From assembly GCF_009914755.1 (NCBI RefSeq), contig NC_060929.1: a stretch of DNA of 64,000 bases. One strand, given 5' to 3'. Origin of the DNA: the human T2T-CHM13v2.0 reference genome, Homo sapiens. The notes beneath the pieces are model-generated. The model did no database searches and was not told where the DNA came from. It saw only the letters and a list, made by a program, of their open reading frames with translations. The stretch's first letter is position 1; the number at the start of each line of letters is the position of its first letter. Below are positions 53,690 through 64,000 of the stretch, piece after piece. Position numbers and translations under genes: made by a program.

Positions 53690-56060
53690 ATAGTATGTGA
53701 CTTTTCCAGATTAGCGTCTTTCACTTAGCAATATGTACTTAAGTTTTCTCCAGTGTTTTCATGGCTTGGTAGTTCATTTTTAAAAACTGCTAAATAATAT
53801 TCCATTGTATGGATGCACCACAGTTTATTTATTCAACTATTGAAGGACATCTTGGTTGCTCCCAAGTTTTGGTAATTATGAATGAAGCTGTTATAAACAT
53901 TTGTGTGCAGGATTTTTGTGGGCTTAAGTCTTCAACTCATTTGGATAAACATCAAGGAGCATGTTTGCTGAATCATATGGTAAAGGTATGTTTAGTTTTG
54001 TATAAAACTGCCAAACTGTCTTCCAAAGTGGAAGCATTTTGCATTCCCATCAACAACAAATGAGAGTTCTTGTTTCTTATTGTTGAGTTCTTTGTACATC
54101 TTAGGTACCAGTCTTTTATCAGATATTTGTTTTGGAAAGATTTTCTCCCAGTCAATAAGTTAACTTTTCATTCCTCTCCCAGTGTTTTTCACAGAACAGA
54201 AGTTTTTAATTTTAATGAAGTTCAACTTACTAATTTTTTCTTTCATGAAGTGTGCTTTTTGTGTTATATCTTAAAAAGATTTCCAAGCCCTGGGTTATCT
54301 AGATTTTCTCCTGTGTTTTTACCTACAAATTTTAAGTTTTGTACTTTACATTTAGGCCTATGATCCATTTTAAGTAAAATTTTGTGATAGGTATCAAGTC
54401 TGTGTCTAGATTTTTTTTTAACATGTGGATGTCCAGTGCAGTTGTTTCAACACCATTACACCATTTTTTAAAAAGACCATTCTTTCTTCATTGAATTGCC
54501 TTTGATCCTTTGTCAAAGATCAGATAATTATATTTGTGTGGGTTTATTTCTGAGTTTTCTATTCTGTTCCACTGATTTATTTGTCTGTCCTTTTGCCAAT
54601 ATGACACTGTCTTAATTATTGAAGCATTATATTAAGTCTTGAAGTAAGTAGTATTAGTCCTTCAACTTTGTTCTTCTCCTTCAATATTATGGTGGCTATT
54701 TTGAGTTTTTTGTTTTGACATAGGAACTTTAGAATAAGTTTGTCAATATACACAAAATGGGATTTTGATTGGAATTGCATTGACTCTATAGATTAAGTTG
54801 GAAAAAACTGACATCTTGACAATATTGAATCTTCCTTTCCATGTACATGGAATATCTCCATTTCTTTGGATTTTTAAATTTTCTGTCATCAGTTTCATAA
54901 TTTCCTTCATATAGGTTTTACACATTTTTGGTAGATTTATACATATGTGTTTCATTTTTTGGTGCTAATGTCAATGGTATTGGTTCTTAATTTTAAATTT
55001 CAATTGCTAATTGCTGGTGTATAAAAGGCAGTTGACAGTTGTATATTAACTTTGTATCCTGCAAGCTTGCCATTATTGCTTATTAGTTCCAGGTGTTTGT
55101 TGTTGTTGATTCTTTGGGATTTTCTACATAGACAGTTGTGTCATCTTCAAACAAAGACAATTTTATTTCTTTCTTCCCCATCTCCACACTTTTAATTTCC
55201 TTTTCTTGTCTTATTGCATTAGCTAGAACTCCCAATGTTATGTTGAATAGGAGTCATAAGAGTAGACATTCTTGCCTTGTTCTTGATATTAGCAGAAAAA
55301 GATTATACATCACGACCAAGTGGAGTCTATCCCAAGAGAATGTAAAGTTGCTAGTGTAGGAAAATACAATTGACTTTTATATGGATCTTGTAACCTGCAA
55401 TCTTGCTAAACTTGCTTATTAGTTCTAATAGTTTTCTAGGTAATTCCTTAGGATTTTCTCTATATAAGAGGATGCCAATTCAAAATACAGATAGTTTTGC
55501 TTCTTCCTTTATAATTCAAATGTATTTTATTTCTTTTTTTCTGGCCTAATTGCTCTGGGTAGAACTCCCAGCACAATGTTTAATAGAAATGGCAAGAACA
55601 GACATCTTTGTTTTGTGCCTGATGTTGGGGGAAAAGCTTTTGTCTTTCACCATTAAGTATAATGTTAGCTTTGGGTTTTTCATTCATGTTGTATATCGGG
55701 TTGAAGGAGTTGCCTTCTACTCCTAGTTTGTTGAGTGTTTTTATAATAAAAGGATGTTGGATTTTGTCAAATGCTTTTTCTGCTTCTATAAAGATAATCA
55801 TGTGGTATTAGCCCTTTATTTTATTAATGTAGTATATTATATTGATTGCTTAATGTTGAACCAACCTTACATTCCTGGGATACATCCCACTTGGTCATAG
55901 TATATAATCCTTTGGATATGTTGCTGGATATGGTTTGCTAGTATTTAGCTGAGGATTTTGCATCTATATTCATAAGGGAGATTGGTCTGTACTTTTCTTG
56001 TGATGCCTTTGTTGGCTTTTGGCTTCAGGATAATACTGGGTTCATTGACTGAGTTGGGAA
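53690..56060 (-). mobile_element. Old L1 (L1MB/L1MC-like) 3' end and ORF2 fragments; two overlapping copies
   Basis: ORF2 remnants ([41 protein letters not shown]) in the ORF track. Confidence 0.85.
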
Positions 56061-56200
56061 ATTTTACTTATTTGAATCAGTTTTTGGTCTCTTTCAACTT
56101 CATCTGTGCTTCACTATATCCTGAACAAATTTCCTAAAGTTTGTGATATGAGATTGTTTTAGCAGCAAGGATGGTTTTTTCCCTACTTTGTTTCTCACTG

Positions 56201-56567
<367 letters not shown>

Positions 56568-57095
56568 TGAAGTTGCCTGGCTTTATAGAGTATGCTTACC
56601 AGCATTGTCTTAGGTGTAGGAATAGAAGGAAGGAACACAAAAAGAAGTATAAAACTCCCCAATTAGCAGTAATCTATAGGAGCCACTCTCTGTCCTCTAT
56701 TTTAATTCAATATGGACTTTTAATATCTCTAAACAGGTGAGTATGCTCCCCACTAAAGACCCATGTTAGCACTTGGAAATCTCCCACTTTATGTTTGTAT
56801 GTTCTCGTCTCAAGAAAAGGTAATGTGGATTCGTTTGTAAAATATATCAGTAGCTTTGTCCCTCTCCTCAATCCATTGTGCCATTATCAAAAACAGGGTT
56901 AAGGATTCAATGGCTTCATGATATCAAAAAACAACCTTAAGTGGGAAAATGTGAGAGCTGAGTTATGGAGTGAAGAGTACATTAAATGAAAGTTCCTAGG
57001 GGTCATTGCTTTATAAAATTTCACAATGCATTGTTTCCTATGAAGGCACAGGAAATGAATATTACCCCTATTCTGCAAGAGGAGAAATTGAAGTA

Positions 57096-58101
57096 CAGTT
57101 GTTGCTTGGACAACACAGGTTTGAACTAAATATATTAAAAATTTTTTTGGAGATTTGCAACAATTCAAAAACACTCGCAGATGAACCAAGTAGACTAGAA
57201 ATACCAAAAAGTTAAGATAAAGATATGTCATGGATGCATAAGATGTATGTATATACTAGTCTTTTAAAAATCATTTGCTACTGTAAAATATATACAAATC
57301 TGTTATTCAAAGTTAAAATTTATCAAAACTTATACACACACCTACAGATCTTACATAGCACCACTCACACTAGAGAGAAATCTAAACAAATGTAAAGATG
57401 CAGTATTGAATTTTAATTGCATAAAATAGACTGTAGTACATACTGTACTACTGTAGTAATTTCATAGCCACTTCCTGTTGTTATTTCAGTGAGCTCAAGT
57501 GTTGCGAATATCTGCTTAAAACATCATGTGATGCTAATCGCCTCTGAGTGAGTAGCTCATCTCTCCAGTAAATTGCCATCTCTCTCGGTTCTCGCACATT
57601 TTTCGTCATGTTTAGTTTCAATATGGTAAACTTTGAATAACACCATGAGATCTATACAGAGTACCACTAGTGATGATGGAAGTGCTCCCAAGAAGCAGAG
57701 AAAAATCATGACATTACAATAAAAAGTTGAATTTCTTGATACAAACCATAGATTGAAGACTGCAGCTGCAGTTGCCGCCATTTTAGACAGATGATTCATC
57801 TTATAAACAGATGACGTAAACTTATGATATTGATAAATACAGTACTGTAAAAATATTTTGTCTTTCTTATGATTTTCTTAATAATATTTTTCTTTTTCTA
57901 GCCTTATTGTAAGAATACAGTATATAATATGTATAATATACAAAATATATGTCAATCGACTGTTTATATTATCAGTAAGGCTTCTGGTCAACAGTAGGCT
58001 ATTTGTAGTTAAGTTTTTGGGGAGTCCAAAGTTGTATGCTGATTTTTGACTGCATGGGGGGGTGGGTGTCCCTAACCCCTGTGTTGTTCAAGGGTTGGCT
58101 G
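57096..58101. mobile_element. Tigger2-family non-autonomous DNA transposon (Tigger2b-like), ~1 kb with both ends
   Basis: TA TSDs at 57094-57095 and 58102-58103; TIRs cagttgttgcttggacaacacagg and cctgtgttgttcaagggttggctg. Confidence 0.85.
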
Positions 58102-58944
58102 TAGTTAGTAGGGATACTCTGCTTTGGACTTAGATCACCAAGCTCCTGATGTAGTTTTATTTTATGATCTTTTCTTGTTTTGTTTTTTAAAATAATCTAC
58201 CATTGCCTAAGTCAATAGGTTTCTAGTATCTTTACTACAAACTAGTAATGCTTGTTGCAGTTTCTTTTTTCTTTTTCTTCAAGTCATAATGATATGATGA
58301 TTTCTGTCATTAAAAGATGATTCCATCAAGCTCTTGCGAAGAAACCTTAGATAACTGGTTGTCACTATAAATAAAACACTGTGCTATTGCTATAAGTAGG
58401 CCATGTTATCACTTATACATTTTCTTAGGAAACAGGACATGGAAGTCATTTGATAGAGGAACATTAATGTAATGTTCAGGTCTACTGATACAGGCTTTAT
58501 ATCAATAGTCCAAATAGTAACATGTATTAGTTTATCTCTGGATTTCTTTCTTAACAGCATAGGAGATAAGAATATGGATCTCCTGGATCCATTCTGGAAA
58601 AACAGGACTAAGGGCAATATTTCACATGTGAGCAGTGAGTTACTTTCCCAGTAGCTGACACGGGTTGAATTGGTAAGAGAAGTAAGCGGTGAGAAGACAG
58701 GAACCATATCAGCCTCACACACAGGGTGTGACACGCAGCAAAAATAAATGTTTGCTGCTTGGATGTTGATTCAGGGAGGGAGGAGGGCAAATGTCAGACC
58801 TGAGATGGGGTGAGCAGGGCTACCAGAGGGAGGTGGCTTGCTCTGTCTGGACCAAACAAGGAAATGAGTCTTTGATCTCTTGAGAATTAGACAAAAATGG
58901 AACTTTCAAGGATAGAGAAGGCTTTAGAACCTTAAAAGTTTCAT

Positions 58945-60030
58945 TTTATTTTTATTTTGAAATCCTTTGGCACTTACAGAAAAGTTCCAAGAATAGTGAG
59001 GCTTCACTCCACCTCCCCTAATGTTAACAACTTACATAACCACAATACAATGATCAAAACCAGGAAATTAACATCGGTGTGCGCTATTAACTAAAACATA
59101 CCGGTTTCACCAGTCCCTTCCTCCTGCACCCCGTCTCCTTTTTCTGTTTTAGGATCCAATCCAGGATGCTACATTGCATGTAGTTGTTCTGTCTTCTTAT
59201 CTGCTACAATCTGTGATGGTTCCTGAGTCATTCCTCGTTCTTCAGCACCTTGTAACTTGTGATGAATATTGGTCAGCTATGTTGCAGAAAGTCTCCCAGT
59301 TTGGATTTGTCTGATGTTTTCTCATTATTTGATTTAGGTTACATGTTTCTGGCAAGAATACCACAGAAGCAATATTGTATCTCTTTCAGAATATCATATC
59401 AGGCCTTCCTGATGTTCATGTGTCTTTTTGCTAGTGATGTTAACTTTGATCACTTAAAGTATTGTTGGCCAGGTTTCTCCATCATTAAGTTATTATTATT
59501 TTTTTTGTAATTGAGAAATATCTTGGGGGAGATACTTGAGAGTATGTAAATATCATGTTTCTGCTTAAACTTTTGTTCACTAATTTTAGCACCCACTAGT
59601 GGACCTTGCCTGTCACAATTAATACTAGGGGTTGAAATGAAGATTATCTTTTCCCTTCATGACTGGAATTCTTTGGTGATGACGAGTTGTCCCTTCTACC
59701 CCATTTATCCATGAGTATGGGCTCATGAATATTTATTTTGTTCTATGGGTTATAATCCAATACTGTTATTATGTCTTTTGTTGCTCCAGCTGTTCCAGCT
59801 TTGGTTATTGGGAGTTCCTTCAGGCTGGCTTCTGCATCCTTTCAACATTCCCCCATCCTTTTTCGAGCACTTCCTTGTTTGCTGGCACAAAATGTTCCTG
59901 GTTCATCTGATATTTTTGCTGCTCCAGCTCTGCAATCAAATACCTCTCCAAGAAGTTATTGGAGAGTGATAGAATGCAAGTTCTGAGCTCTAGGTGTGCT
60001 CATTGCTTCCAGGGTGTCATTACTCCCAGG
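58945..60030 (-). mobile_element. Old L1 (L1MC/MD-like) 3' end
   Basis: cttacagaaaagttccaagaatag, atgttaacaacttacataaccacaatacaatgatcaaaaccaggaaattaacat, gatgttaactttgatcactt. Confidence 0.7.
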
Positions 60031-60036
60031 CTCTTT

Positions 60037-60039
60037 TGT

Positions 60040-60082
<43 letters not shown>
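60037..60082. repeat. (TG)n microsatellite
   Basis: About 22 TG units with one interruption. Confidence 0.95.
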
Positions 60083-60083
<1 letters not shown>

Positions 60084-60139
60084 ACAGAGCTGGAAAATAT
60101 ATATAAATGTATACTGGTACACACATATCTATGTTTATG

Positions 60140-63600
<3,461 letters not shown>

Positions 63601-64000
63601 TCCCCCTGATAACCACAGGCAACCCCTCAATAAATATTGAGTGATTTAATGATGCAGAAGAGAATATTTTAAAGGATATTACAGTGGCTCACAGAATTTT
63701 CAGAGGAACCACACAATCAGATTAATGAGTCTGTACCTGCTTTCTCTTTAATTCATTTTTGTGAATAAGTAAATATATGCTGTGTGTGTTTGGGGAGATG
63801 GGTTGATTTGGCTGTAGGTCACTAATACTGCTTAAATTAGACTTGATATTTCCAGGATCTTATCACGTTCCATCTGGATAAATTGAGCTCCAACTATCAG
63901 ATCAGGAGGAGGGTGACGGCTCTTTTCCATGTACTATTTCTCCTAGGATAGGGGACTGACTTTATGGGGATTCTATGATTACTATGGGAAAACATTTCTA

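Overview
Primate (human-like) euchromatic DNA, very rich in Alu, L1, L2 and MIR elements. It holds two complete head-to-head genes sharing a CpG-island promoter at ~18.4-19.3 kb. ANKRA2 is on the minus strand (8 coding exons, 942 nt, 313 aa, ankyrin-repeat protein). UTP15 is on the plus strand (12 coding exons, 1557 nt, 518 aa, WD40 SSU-processome t-UTP subunit). Both CDSs were rebuilt by hand with GT-AG junctions and intact frames; in human this pair lies at 5q13.2. The rest is intergenic and repeat-dominated. Less obvious items read from the sequence: a ~1.33 kb 3'UTR-only retrocopy with a 17-bp TSD just downstream of ANKRA2, a Y1-RNA retropseudogene with a perfect 14-bp TSD, a near-perfect 34-bp hairpin at ~51.0 kb, a strong CTCF motif, uORFs at both start codons, a competing UTP15 acceptor that would create a premature stop, a candidate ancient L1 3' transduction, and several local duplications. 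I see no convincing wholly new multi-gene system. Almost all long ORFs in the supplied track are Alu/L1 artefacts. Repeat boundaries and subfamily names are by-eye estimates.
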